A stretch of 63,435 nt of DNA. Origin: Patescibacteria group bacterium (GTDB lineage: Bacteria; Pseudomonadota; Alphaproteobacteria; Micavibrionales; UBA2020). Of the stretch, positions 33,902 to 42,888 are shown piece by piece (the first letter of the stretch is position 1; each line of letters starts with the position of its first letter). The position numbers and the translations under genes were made by a program. Location: assembly GCA_035626855.1 (NCBI GenBank), contig DASPMW010000106.1, positions 1 through 63,435 on the forward strand. The letters are read 5' to 3'. The notes under the pieces are model-generated. The model worked only from the letters and a program-made list of their open reading frames with translations. It did not search any database and had not been told where the DNA came from.

Positions 33902-36642
33902 TGGCGATGCAACCTTTCGAGGATGTAGGGCACGTGGACCTGGTCGGATTTATAATTGCCGGCAAGCGCCATCATCATGACGTTGACGCCGAAGCGGTAT
34001 GCCATTTCGCGCTGCATCTCCCCGCCCGGCACGACGGGGAAGCGTGCGCGGTCTTCGTAGCTTTGCGACCAGGCGGCCGCCCAGTCATTGCCGCCGATGA
34101 GCGCGGCGGTGACGCCGTCGTTATTCGCGCTCGGCTCCTTCTCCATCCACAGATGTCCGCCGCCATAGGCGCCCGGGAATTCATCGAGCAGGTAAAAAGT
34201 CTTGGTCAGGATGTCGCCGCGCGCGACTTCCTTCAGCTCCGGCAGATTGATGCCGGCCAACACCGTGCGCAGCTGCTTGGTGCCGATGGTCGCGTTCCTG
34301 ACCTCGCCGTTCTGATCCGCGAATTGCTGGTCGCGCGTGTCGAACAGCACCAGGCCGCCCTGCGCCATGTAATTGGCAATGTTGCGCGCGGCGACCGTCG
34401 AGAGGGGCGGCTGCACGGGCGTCATCGGCCAGTAGATCATCGGGTAGAAATAAAGCGGGTCGGCGGCGAGGTTCACGCCGCGCACGCCCTTGATCCTGAT
34501 CGTGGTGCGGCTGTTGATGACCTGCATCAGGCCCATGAGGCCGTTATAGCTGACCATATCGAGGCCGCTGTCGCCGGTCTCGACATAGGCGAGGTAGATA
34601 TTGGAGGAAAGATCGATGGCGGTCATTTCATCCTGCGCCTGCGCAGGCGCAGCGCCGAGCAGCGCCGCGAAAACAATCACGGCCGCGCCGCGGCGCACCT
34701 GCGCGAAGGCGCCGCGCATCCAGAGCGTGAGGAGCGTGTCCACGAGCAGCAGCAGGAGCGCCCATTTCAGGAAATCGGGTTTCATGCCCCGCTCGCCGGA
34801 GAGTTTGTATTCGTCAACCGTGACGCCCGCCGGAATATCGCCGAGCGCCACCATCTGCGGCAGCGCGTCGCCCAGGTTGAAGACCGAAAACTGTTTTTCC
34901 GTCCCGTACAGCCCGGGGGGCGTGACAGCGGTGGGGGTAAAGCCTTTTTTCGGGTCGAGCGCAGAAATGATGGATTTCGGTCCCGGCGGTTGCAGTTTGC
35001 CGAAGCCGTCCAGCACCATAAAGGGCGAGAGCAGGGATTCAGCTTTGTAATCGCTGATGCCGGTCGAGAGCGAAATCATGCGCTGCAGCGCGGCGACGTA
35101 CAGGCCCGAATAGCAGAAATTCGACCAGTCGGTGCCGGCGGTGGTGTGGATCAGCACGATCTCGCCCTTGCCGATGGCGGCACCCGTCAGCAGCGGCGTG
35201 CCGTCGTCCAGCTGGAGCCAGGTATGCTCGAAGGTTTCGGGCGTCGGCTCCGCCAGCACCTGACGCGTGACGAGCACATCGGGCGGAACTTCCAGGCCCA
35301 GCAGCGGGCTGCCCTCCGGGATCGTCTGGTTCAGCTTGACCGGCTTTTCCCAGGTCATCGCGCCCTCAAGCGCGCGCAGGCCGAACCGCAACCGAACGGG
35401 CAGCAGCGGATCCTCCGGATTGGCGGCGAGGTTGGGGCCGGCGAAGCGGATGAGGAAACCGCCTTGCTCCACCCATTTCAGCAGGTCAACGCGCTCGATC
35501 GCTGTGAGCGGCGCAGCGTCCGGCCAGATGATCGCGGAGAGCGACTTGCCGAGCAGCTTGTCGACATCGTCGATTTCAAGCCCGCCACCGGTTTCGAGCG
35601 CGCGTTTCAGGTAATAGACCTCGTTCAGGAAGCTGTCGCTTTCCTTATGGGCGATATCGGCGATGATGCCGACCGGGCGCTGCTGCCACTGTGAATCCGT
35701 CAGGTAAGTGGCGGAGGCCATCGGCGTGCGCTGCAGCCCGATACGGCTGACCTTGCTGCGCATCTCGTTCAGCACGTCCCATTTCACGTCGGTCGTGCGC
35801 TGGCCGGCGCCGAATTCAACCTTGACGTTGTCGAGTACGCTGCCGTCCGGCGCATAGGCCGCGAGTAGCTGCGCCTCCTGCGTGAGCGCGCCGTTCAGCC
35901 GCTCAACGGTCAGGTCGAGGGAGCCGGGCTTTACAGCCTTTTTCCGCAGGATATAGGGCGTGTTGACTTTCTCGTCCTTCACGAGGGTCAGGCCGCCGCC
36001 GGGACGCAAGGCATCCATGAAGGCGCGGCCATCCGCGGTCTGCTGCGTGACGCCGTCGCTGAGGAAGACGGTATGCGAAATCTTGTGCTTGCCATTCACC
36101 TCCGCGGCGAGCGCGGCGGCGGCTTGGTGATCGGTCGGCCAGGCGACAGGCTTCAGGTGCGCGGCGAAGGCTTGCGCCTCACCCTCCTCCATCGGCCCGA
36201 AATAATGCAGCTTGCCGTCGCCTTCGTCGGCCGCGGTCAGCAGGAAGATCACAGGGCGGTCAGAGCGGCGCACCTGCGAGAGGAACTCCCGCAGCTTTTC
36301 CTGCCGCTGCAGCCAGTTCGCCGCGGATGCCCAGCCGTTATCGATGGCGACCATCACGTTGCCGCCGGACCCTGGCAGTCCGGCGGACAGCTTCATGATC
36401 GGCTCCGCCATCGCGAAGATGAAAAGCGCAACGATGATCGAGCGCAGCAGCAGCAGCCACCAGGGCGTATGCGCCGGCGTGCGCAAATCGGTTTTCAGGT
36501 CCTGCAGCAGGAAGAAGGCGGGAAACTTGACGGCCTTGGGACGCGGCGGCATGACCCGCAGGATCCACCACAGCACCGGAATGCCGGCCAGCGCAGCGAG
36601 CAGGAAGGGTGAGAGGAAACTGAGGCCAGCGAGGGAAAACAT
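33898..36642 (-). CDS. BatA N-terminal / DUF4159 domain membrane protein
   Basis: LWWILRVMPPRP..VKFPAF..L, TPWWLLLLR; C-terminal LYFYPMIYWP, GGNDWAAAW, AYRFGVN, GNYKSDQVH. Confidence 0.85.
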   Translation of the reverse strand: MFSLAGLSFLSPFLLAALAGIPVLWWILRVMPPRPKAVKFPAFFLLQDLKTDLRTPAHTPWWLLLLRSIIVALFIFAMAEPIMKLSAGLPGSGGNVMVAIDNGWASAANWLQRQEKLREFLSQVRRSDRPVIFLLTAADEGDGKLHYFGPMEEGEAQAFAAHLKPVAWPTDHQAAAALAAEVNGKHKISHTVFLSDGVTQQTADGRAFMDALRPGGGLTLVKDEKVNTPYILRKKAVKPGSLDLTVERLNGALTQEAQLLAAYAPDGSVLDNVKVEFGAGQRTTDVKWDVLNEMRSKVSRIGLQRTPMASATYLTDSQWQQRPVGIIADIAHKESDSFLNEVYYLKRALETGGGLEIDDVDKLLGKSLSAIIWPDAAPLTAIERVDLLKWVEQGGFLIRFAGPNLAANPEDPLLPVRLRFGLRALEGAMTWEKPVKLNQTIPEGSPLLGLEVPPDVLVTRQVLAEPTPETFEHTWLQLDDGTPLLTGAAIGKGEIVLIHTTAGTDWSNFCYSGLYVAALQRMISLSTGISDYKAESLLSPFMVLDGFGKLQPPGPKSIISALDPKKGFTPTAVTPPGLYGTEKQFSVFNLGDALPQMVALGDIPAGVTVDEYKLSGERGMKPDFLKWALLLLLVDTLLTLWMRGAFAQVRRGAAVIVFAALLGAAPAQAQDEMTAIDLSSNIYLAYVETGDSGLDMVSYNGLMGLMQVINSRTTIRIKGVRGVNLAADPLYFYPMIYWPMTPVQPPLSTVAARNIANYMAQGGLVLFDTRDQQFADQNGEVRNATIGTKQLRTVLAGINLPELKEVARGDILTKTFYLLDEFPGAYGGGHLWMEKEPSANNDGVTAALIGGNDWAAAWSQSYEDRARFPVVPGGEMQREMAYRFGVNVMMMALAGNYKSDQVHVPYILERLHRQ

Positions 36643-37524
36643 TTACGTCTTCCCCTTCTTGACCGCGAGATCGTCGTAGAGGCGCGTCAGCACGTCTTCC
36701 GGCTTCGCGGCCGTGTTTGTATGAAAGAATTTCCAGCCTATGCGCCGCGCGAGTTCCGCAAGCTTGTCCTGATGGGCGAGGAAGCGGCGGTGGTATTCTT
36801 CCGCGATTGCCTCCACCTGGGGCACGTCGATGGGGGCGGCGCCCGACGCCTCGATATCGTAGAATTTCGTGCGGCCCTTGAAGGGCAGGTTCTTCTCGGA
36901 CGGATCGTAGACCTGCACCAGACTTCCGCTGACGCCCCGCAGCGCCAGCTTCTGGCAGAAATGCGCCACTTGCTCGACGGGGTAATAGAAGTCGCTGATC
37001 AGGATTGCCTCGGACCGCGCGGCAATCGCGCGGCCGGTTTCGGCCATCTGCTTCTGGACCGGAAGATATTCGAAAATGCGCTGCACGGAATTGTAATTGG
37101 TCTGCGGCGCAAGATCGGTGCCAAGCAGGCTGACCTGTTCGCCGCCGTTCAGCGTCACGATGGCAAGCGCGAGCAGCAACGTTTCGGCGAATTCCTTTTT
37201 CGTCGGCAGGTTCTTGTAGCCGCGATAGTTCATGGATTCCGTTGCGTCGCGGTAAAGCCACAGTGTCTGCGAAGCTTCCCACTCCATCTGGCGGACGAAA
37301 GCTTCGCCGCGCTTGGCGGATTGCCGCCAGTCGATGTCGCGGCGCTGGTCGCCGGGCTGGTACTGGCGGAACTGCCAGAAGCTTTCGCCCTGCCCGACGC
37401 GCCGGCGGCCATGGACGCCCTTCATGAAGGTATGCGCGACCTTTTCGGCCTCGAGCAGCAGCCCGGGCAGTTTCCCCGCAAGGCGTTCGGCTTCCGCCAG
37501 CGTCTTGTGGTCGTTGGTCGTCAC
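36643..37524 (-). CDS. DUF58 family (vWA-like) protein
   Basis: GVHGRRRVGQGESFWQFRQYQPGD...IDWRQSAK, ILISDF. Confidence 0.92.
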   Translation of the reverse strand: MTTNDHKTLAEAERLAGKLPGLLLEAEKVAHTFMKGVHGRRRVGQGESFWQFRQYQPGDQRRDIDWRQSAKRGEAFVRQMEWEASQTLWLYRDATESMNYRGYKNLPTKKEFAETLLLALAIVTLNGGEQVSLLGTDLAPQTNYNSVQRIFEYLPVQKQMAETGRAIAARSEAILISDFYYPVEQVAHFCQKLALRGVSGSLVQVYDPSEKNLPFKGRTKFYDIEASGAAPIDVPQVEAIAEEYHRRFLAHQDKLAELARRIGWKFFHTNTAAKPEDVLTRLYDDLAVKKGKT

Positions 37525-38822
37525 GCCGCCGCCTCCGATTTGTTGCGCACCAGGACAGCCGCGAAAAAGCCGTCGGTGTCGTGCTGCGCGGGGGTGAGCT
37601 TGAGGTAATCGCCGGCGCCCTTGATGTCCACCAGTTCCTTCGCCGGCTTCAGCGTGAATTCGGGATGCGCGGCGAGGAAGGTTTCCACCTGCCGCTCATT
37701 TTCATCCGGCAGCAGCGAACAGGTCGCGTAAACGAGGCGCCCGCCCGGCTTCACCATCCGGTAGGCAGAGTCGATAATGTTTTTCTGCAAGGGCACGAGC
37801 GAGGAGATGCCGGGGCCGAGCATGCGCCAGCGCTTGTCGGGGTCGCGCCGCCAGGTGCCGACGCCCGTGCAGGGCGCATCCACTAGGACGAGGTCGAAGT
37901 GCCTCTCGTGCCGTTTCACATACTTGTCCCGCTCCGATGTCAGCGCGCGGGTTTCGATGTTGTGCAGCCCTGCGCGGCGGAAACGTTCCTTGGCCCGCTC
38001 GAGACGCTTGTCGAGCACGTCCATCGCAACGATGCGGCCCTTGTTGTTCATCGACGCGCCAAGCGCGAGCGTCTTGCCACCCGCTCCCGCGCAGAAATCG
38101 GCGACCTGTTCTCCTGGTTTTGCCTGGGCGAGGAGCGCGACCATCTGCGAGCCTTCGTCTTGAATCTCAACGAGGCCGTTTTTATAAAATTCATGCTGCG
38201 CAATCGGCGGGCGGTTGCGCATGCGGATACAAAGCGGGGAAATTTTGCCTGGCTCCGCATCCAGTCCGTCGCGGCGGAATTCGGCCAGCAGCTCGTCGCG
38301 CGACGCCTTGATCGCATTGACGCGAAGATCGAGCGGCGCAGGCGTCATCATCGCCTGCAGCTCGTTTTCAAGGTTCGGCCCGAGCACTTCCTTCAGGAGC
38401 GGGTATGCCCATTCGGGACACTCGAGGCGCTCGCGCTCCGGCATTTCCGGCGTCTCGAGCCCCTTGCCCATCAGCGCGCGGGTAAGGTCACGCTCCGGCT
38501 TGGTCATTTCGAGCGGCGCATATTGCGCGCCCGAGAAAATCTCGTTGACCGCTTTCGCGTCGAATTCCTTGTGCAGGATCAGGTCGGCGATGGTCAGCGT
38601 GCGCGCGTCGACGCGGCCGCCGTTCTGCGTGATCCACCAGGACAGGCGGTGATATTCGCGCATGACGCGAAAGAAGCGCAGCTGGATCGCCGCGCGATCC
38701 TTCGAGCCGATGAAGCGGCGGTTGCGGAAGTAAAAGCTGGCGACCGCGTCGGCCGGTTTTTCGACGGCGAGAACTTCGGTCAATATCTCGATAACCGCCT
38801 GTATTCTTGCAGCTGGTGTCAT
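37521..38822 (-). CDS. RsmB/NOP-family RNA m5C methyltransferase
   Basis: QDEGSQ, DFCAGAGGKT, VDAPCTGVGTWRR, YATCSL. Confidence 0.92.
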   Translation of the reverse strand: MTPAARIQAVIEILTEVLAVEKPADAVASFYFRNRRFIGSKDRAAIQLRFFRVMREYHRLSWWITQNGGRVDARTLTIADLILHKEFDAKAVNEIFSGAQYAPLEMTKPERDLTRALMGKGLETPEMPERERLECPEWAYPLLKEVLGPNLENELQAMMTPAPLDLRVNAIKASRDELLAEFRRDGLDAEPGKISPLCIRMRNRPPIAQHEFYKNGLVEIQDEGSQMVALLAQAKPGEQVADFCAGAGGKTLALGASMNNKGRIVAMDVLDKRLERAKERFRRAGLHNIETRALTSERDKYVKRHERHFDLVLVDAPCTGVGTWRRDPDKRWRMLGPGISSLVPLQKNIIDSAYRMVKPGGRLVYATCSLLPDENERQVETFLAAHPEFTLKPAKELVDIKGAGDYLKLTPAQHDTDGFFAAVLVRNKSEAAA

Positions 38823-38843
38823 GGCGGCATTGGCCTTTGCTGG

Positions 38844-40226
38844 TTATTTCGCGCGAACGAATTCGGCGTATTCGCGCAAGTCGCGGAGGTCCTTCGCGCC
38901 GAGATAGGCCATTGAGGTGCGCAGGCCGGTCACGAGCTGGTTGACCATATGCGTAACGGAGCCGCGATAGGGAACGGAGGTATCGACCGGGTCTTCGTCG
39001 ATGCGGTAAGGATCGGCGACCTGCGTCGTATGCGACGGGCGGTGCTGGGCCTTGGCCATCGGATTGACGACCTTGTAGGCGTTGCCGCCCTGATACACGA
39101 CCTCGCCGGGCGCTTCGTCCGTGCCGGCGAAAAGATGGCTCATGACGACGCTTTCGGCACCCGCGGCCAGCGCCTTTACGAGCGCGCCCGCGTCCTCCAC
39201 GCCGCCATCGACGAGAACGGGGATATCCTGCATCTCGCACTGCTCGACAACCGCGAGAATGGCGGAGAATTGCGGCACGCCGATGCCAAGCTGCCCGCGC
39301 AGCACGGCGCCGGGCATCGGGCCCATGCCGACCTTGATCGCATCCGCGCCCGCGTCGATGAGGCTGCGGGCGGCATTCGCCGTCGCGACGTTGCCCGCGA
39401 CGATCTGCACTTCGCTGGAGCGCTGCTGCCGGATGCGGCTGACGGTTGCCGCCACTTCCTTGGTATGACCGTGGGCGACGTCGATGAAGACGACATCGAG
39501 ACCTGCGTCGGTCATGGCGGCGGCGCGGTCGAGCGCGTCCTTGCCAATAGCGATCGCGGCCCCCACGCGCAGGCGGCCGAACTGGTCGCGCGCGGCCGCC
39601 GGGAAGCGCGACAGTTTCTCGATATCTTTCACCGTGACAAGGCCGGTGAGCTTGCCCTGGTCATCGGTCACGACGATTTTTTCGATGCGGTGCTCGTGCA
39701 GCAATTGCTTCACATGCGCCATGTTGGGCTTGCCCTTCACCGTGACGACCTGTTTGGTCATCAGCTCGCTCACGGGCTTGGCGAAGTCCTCGAAGAAGCG
39801 CAGGTCGCGATTGGTGATGATGCCGACCACTTTCTGCGACGGCTGCTCGATAACGGGCAGGCCGGAGATTTTGTAGGTGGTCATGAGGTCGAGCGCCTCG
39901 GCCACGCTGGACTCAGGCGAGACGGTAATGGGGCTCTGAACGATTTCGCCCTCCGCGCGCTTGACGCGGCGCACCTCTTCCACCTGTTTGCCGAGCGGCA
40001 TGTTGTCGTGAATGACGCCGAGACCGCCCGCCTGCGCAATCGTGATCGCCATGGGGCTTTCCGTGACGTTGTCAGACCCAGCCGCGACAAGGGGGATGTT
40101 CAGTTCGATCGATTTCGTAAGCCGGCTCTTGAGGCTGACCTCGCCCGGCTTGATGTTGGTTTCACCGGGCAGCAGCAGCACGTCCGAGAAATTCAGCTGC
40201 TCTTTGATTGTCGCGTTTCTTTTCAT
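38844..40226 (-). CDS. GuaB/IMPDH-like protein with CBS pair; catalytic residues lost
   Basis: Full IMPDH architecture (DVLLLP, GGLGVIH, ITNRDLRF, HRIEK, RLRVGAA, IDVAHGH, VAGNVAT, VPYRG), but the active-site loop reads GMGPMPGAVLR instead of GIGPGSICTTR and YRGMGS is absent. Confidence 0.85.
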   Translation of the reverse strand: MKRNATIKEQLNFSDVLLLPGETNIKPGEVSLKSRLTKSIELNIPLVAAGSDNVTESPMAITIAQAGGLGVIHDNMPLGKQVEEVRRVKRAEGEIVQSPITVSPESSVAEALDLMTTYKISGLPVIEQPSQKVVGIITNRDLRFFEDFAKPVSELMTKQVVTVKGKPNMAHVKQLLHEHRIEKIVVTDDQGKLTGLVTVKDIEKLSRFPAAARDQFGRLRVGAAIAIGKDALDRAAAMTDAGLDVVFIDVAHGHTKEVAATVSRIRQQRSSEVQIVAGNVATANAARSLIDAGADAIKVGMGPMPGAVLRGQLGIGVPQFSAILAVVEQCEMQDIPVLVDGGVEDAGALVKALAAGAESVVMSHLFAGTDEAPGEVVYQGGNAYKVVNPMAKAQHRPSHTTQVADPYRIDEDPVDTSVPYRGSVTHMVNQLVTGLRTSMAYLGAKDLRDLREYAEFVRAK

Positions 40227-40276
40227 ATTTCCCCCAAAGCGCCGCAGAACGCGGGCCGCCGTTTAACCGCCTGATT

Positions 40277-40978
40277 TTAGCCCCGGAACCCCATTGCCAC
40301 AACATACATTTCCGCTGAATCGCTGCGGCTGGCATGGGGTTTAACGTGCTTCACTCGCGTAAAATCTTTTTTCAGCTGCTTGAGCAGCGTCTCGGAGGAC
40401 CCACCCTGGAACACCTTGCACAGGAAGGTCCCGCCGGGCACGAGGATTTCATGCGCGAATTCATATGCCGCCTCGGCCAGCATCATGATGCGGATATGGT
40501 CGGTTTCACGGTGGCCCATCGTCGGCGGCGCCATGTCTGACATAACGACATCGGCCTTGCCGCCCACGGCATCGGTCAGTTTCTGTGGCGCATCGTTATC
40601 CATAAAATCAAGCTTGAAGAAAATCGCTTCGGCGACCGGTTTCATGTCGAGGTAATCGATTGCGACCACCTTGCCGCCGGTTTTCTTGGGCTTGACGATT
40701 TCGCACGCGACCTGCGTCCAGCCGCCCGGCGCCGCGCCCAGATCGATGACGCGCATCCCCGCCTTGAACAGGTTCAGGTCGTCATGCATCTGCTGAATTT
40801 TGTAGGCGGCGCGGCTGTGGAAGCCGTCACTCTTCGCCTGCGCGACGTAAGGATCGTTCAGTTGCCGCTCCAGCCAGCGCGCGGAGGAAATGCTGCGCTT
40901 GGCGCGCGTCTTCACACGCACTTTTTTCTGTGCGCCGCGCGGGTTGCGGGGTTTGGAGGGGGGCTTTTTGTCGGTCAC
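40277..40978 (-). CDS. rlmE: 23S rRNA Um2552 methyltransferase RlmE/FtsJ
   Basis: WLERQLNDPYV, SRAAYK, DLGAAPGGW, VMSDMAP, KPHASRSDSAEMY. Confidence 0.95.
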   Translation of the reverse strand: MTDKKPPSKPRNPRGAQKKVRVKTRAKRSISSARWLERQLNDPYVAQAKSDGFHSRAAYKIQQMHDDLNLFKAGMRVIDLGAAPGGWTQVACEIVKPKKTGGKVVAIDYLDMKPVAEAIFFKLDFMDNDAPQKLTDAVGGKADVVMSDMAPPTMGHRETDHIRIMMLAEAAYEFAHEILVPGGTFLCKVFQGGSSETLLKQLKKDFTRVKHVKPHASRSDSAEMYVVAMGFRG

Positions 40979-41832
40979 GTTACGGCCTCGGTTTGAGCTT
41001 CTGCGACGCCGGCGGGAATCCGCGCCTGCGATTCCTGTTTGGCGGCAATTGCCTTTTCCCCGCGCTTCAGGAAAAGGTATAGATTAAGCCCGAAGAAAAA
41101 GATGATTGCCGGCATCAGCACCGGCAAATCCCTCGGGGTAAATTCGTGGCGAGCACCATAGAAACTCAAGGGCACGAAGATGATTTGCAATATCAACCAT
41201 GCATCCAGCAGCCCGGACGACTTGCCGCGCTCCTTTTCTATGTCGGAGATGCGCCCGCAACCAAGCACAAATAAAACGAGGGCCGCGGCGAAATTGGCAA
41301 TGTCGGCAACCAAGATGTCATTATGCGACAATTTGACGCTCAAAATTTCTCCGGCTAAGACGCAGATAACCAGCAAGATATAAAGCAGGCGCCCCAGCTG
41401 CGGAATCCCTTTTACTTGAAGGGGAAGACCTGGCCCGCCGCTTGCTTTCTCCCCGCGCTTGAAGGACAGGTAAGTGTAACATGCCATCAAGGGGAGAAGA
41501 GATGCTACGCCCAATGGCAAAAGCTGTTCGTCCACGGGGTAAAAAGCCACATAGGCGTTGAGACAAACCATGATGGCCGTCAATACCAGCCAGACCGGCA
41601 GCAACAGCGTTTTTCTGCCCTGCCCTTTTTCGACGTCCTGAATTCTACCGTATACCAGCGGGAAAACAAAAGGGAGCGAGATCAGGCAAGCAAGCAGCAC
41701 GACTTGCCCATCGCCCTGCGACAGCCGCATGGTCCAAACCTGTAAAACCGTGGGGATCAGGCTCAACGTAAAAAAACGAAGGCGTCCCAAAGGTGGAATC
41801 CAGTCCAGATAAGTGTGGGCAGCCTTCATCAA
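40975..41832 (-). CDS. Membrane protein with two tandem DUF805-like repeats
   Basis: Duplicated IPxLGRL...GRIxDxEK...LxxKRGEKA units; lower GC than flanks. Confidence 0.6.
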   Translation of the reverse strand: MMKAAHTYLDWIPPLGRLRFFTLSLIPTVLQVWTMRLSQGDGQVVLLACLISLPFVFPLVYGRIQDVEKGQGRKTLLLPVWLVLTAIMVCLNAYVAFYPVDEQLLPLGVASLLPLMACYTYLSFKRGEKASGGPGLPLQVKGIPQLGRLLYILLVICVLAGEILSVKLSHNDILVADIANFAAALVLFVLGCGRISDIEKERGKSSGLLDAWLILQIIFVPLSFYGARHEFTPRDLPVLMPAIIFFFGLNLYLFLKRGEKAIAAKQESQARIPAGVAEAQTEAVT

Positions 41833-41839
41833 AGATCCC

Positions 41840-42130
41840 TCAGTCCATCGTGTTGATGTATTCTTTCATCCGGTCGTAGAGCCGGTAGTATTCGCGCTCG
41901 ATAATAGCAGCTTTATTGTCTTTCGGGCCGGATTTCGGCAGCGCCATCTTTTGCTTCGTCGCGTCGATATAATCCGCGATAATCGCGTGTAATTCGTCGT
42001 TGAAAGCGCCGATTTCAGATTCCAGCTCGACCGTGCTTTTGACATGCGCGTCATGCACCTTCAGCAGGTGGCCGGCGAAGAACCACAGCACATGCTCCCA
42101 GTCCTCGAAATCCTTTTTTGCTGCTGGCAT
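41840..42130 (-). CDS. Hypothetical helical protein (about 96 aa)
   Basis: GGAGGG RBS before ATG 42130. The longer ORF start lies inside the repeat element. Confidence 0.65.
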   Translation of the reverse strand: MPAAKKDFEDWEHVLWFFAGHLLKVHDAHVKSTVELESEIGAFNDELHAIIADYIDATKQKMALPKSGPKDNKAAIIEREYYRLYDRMKEYINTMD

Positions 42131-42194
42131 AAGCGCCCTCCGTACAACCTGCCCAGTATAGGAACAACGGGTAAATAATCCCTTTTTAGCGATT

Positions 42195-42268
42195 GTCATC
42201 CCGAGCTGAGCGAAGGTTCTACCTCAGGCGGAAAACCGGAGAGATCCTTCGCTTTGCCCAAGAATGAC
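42195..42268. repeat. REP-like palindromic element (GTCATCCCGAGCTGAGCGAAGG...ATCCTTCGCTTTGCCCAAGAATGAC)
   Basis: GTCAT/ATGAC termini and an internal CGAAGG/CCTTCG inverted repeat. Confidence 0.7.
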
Positions 42269-42320
42269 AAAGGACATATAAAGCTCTGATTTTAAAGACC
42301 TTTCTTATTTTACTTAACGA

Positions 42321-42348
42321 TTGACATATCCATAAACCAGCCTATACT
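42321..42348 (+). promoter_or_regulatory. Sigma70-like promoter TTGACA-N16-TATACT
   Basis: Near-consensus; 35 nt upstream of ORF 42383. Confidence 0.7.
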
Positions 42349-42382
42349 GCCACAAAATCAAAAGTTACGAGGAGCACAGAAT

Positions 42383-42772
42383 ATGGTTGAATGGACACCC
42401 AAAACCGAACAGCTGATCCGCGACATCAGCGATTTCGTCGACAAGCAATTCCGCACCGTTCTCGACCCGAATATCGGCACCACCTCGACCATCGCGAAGC
42501 TCTTCAACGCGAAATCGACGGGCGAGCACCTCTTCAAGCGCGCAGTGACCGAGCTGGAGATCGACCTGAATGCCGATCCCGAGCACAGCCTGAAAAAGGT
42601 CATCGAGCTTGCTGAATCGAACGGCAGCGATGCCGCCGACAAGCTGAAAAAAGCGGCGCCCGTCGCAAAACAGCTTGCCGAGGAATTCGGCTTCGGCCCG
42701 GACACCAAAATGGGCAAGCTGCAGCAGCTGTCCGCGCTCAGCAAGATCAAGAAAAAAGGCATCAAGTATTAA
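42383..42772 (+). CDS. Hypothetical protein (129 aa)
   Basis: GAGGAG RBS, own promoter and terminator. Confidence 0.75.
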   Translation: MVEWTPKTEQLIRDISDFVDKQFRTVLDPNIGTTSTIAKLFNAKSTGEHLFKRAVTELEIDLNADPEHSLKKVIELAESNGSDAADKLKKAAPVAKQLAEEFGFGPDTKMGKLQQLSALSKIKKKGIKY

Positions 42773-42790
42773 GTTGCCACGGAGTAGAAA

Positions 42791-42826
42791 GCGCCCGTCC
42801 CTGTTAACGCAGGGGCGGGCGTTTTT
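42791..42826 (+). terminator. Rho-independent terminator
   Basis: gcgcccgtccctg-ttaacg-caggggcgggcg-ttttt. Confidence 0.75.
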
Positions 42827-42828
42827 AA

Positions 42829-42843
42829 TTAACCCTGTATTAA
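42829..42843 (+). promoter_or_regulatory. CtrA box TTAA-N7-TTAA upstream of the 90-aa ORF
   Basis: ttaa ccctgta ttaa; TAAGCT (-10-like) 11 nt downstream. Confidence 0.6.
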
Positions 42844-42888
42844 TCCTCGCGCCATAAGCTGGGGGCTGGAACCTGTTACGGGGATTTC

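Noticed and set aside
38844-40226. Calling the guaB-like gene a GMP reductase or a pseudogene
   Set aside because: GMP reductase needs the same catalytic Cys. The ORF is full length, without stops or frameshifts, and has conserved CBS motifs.
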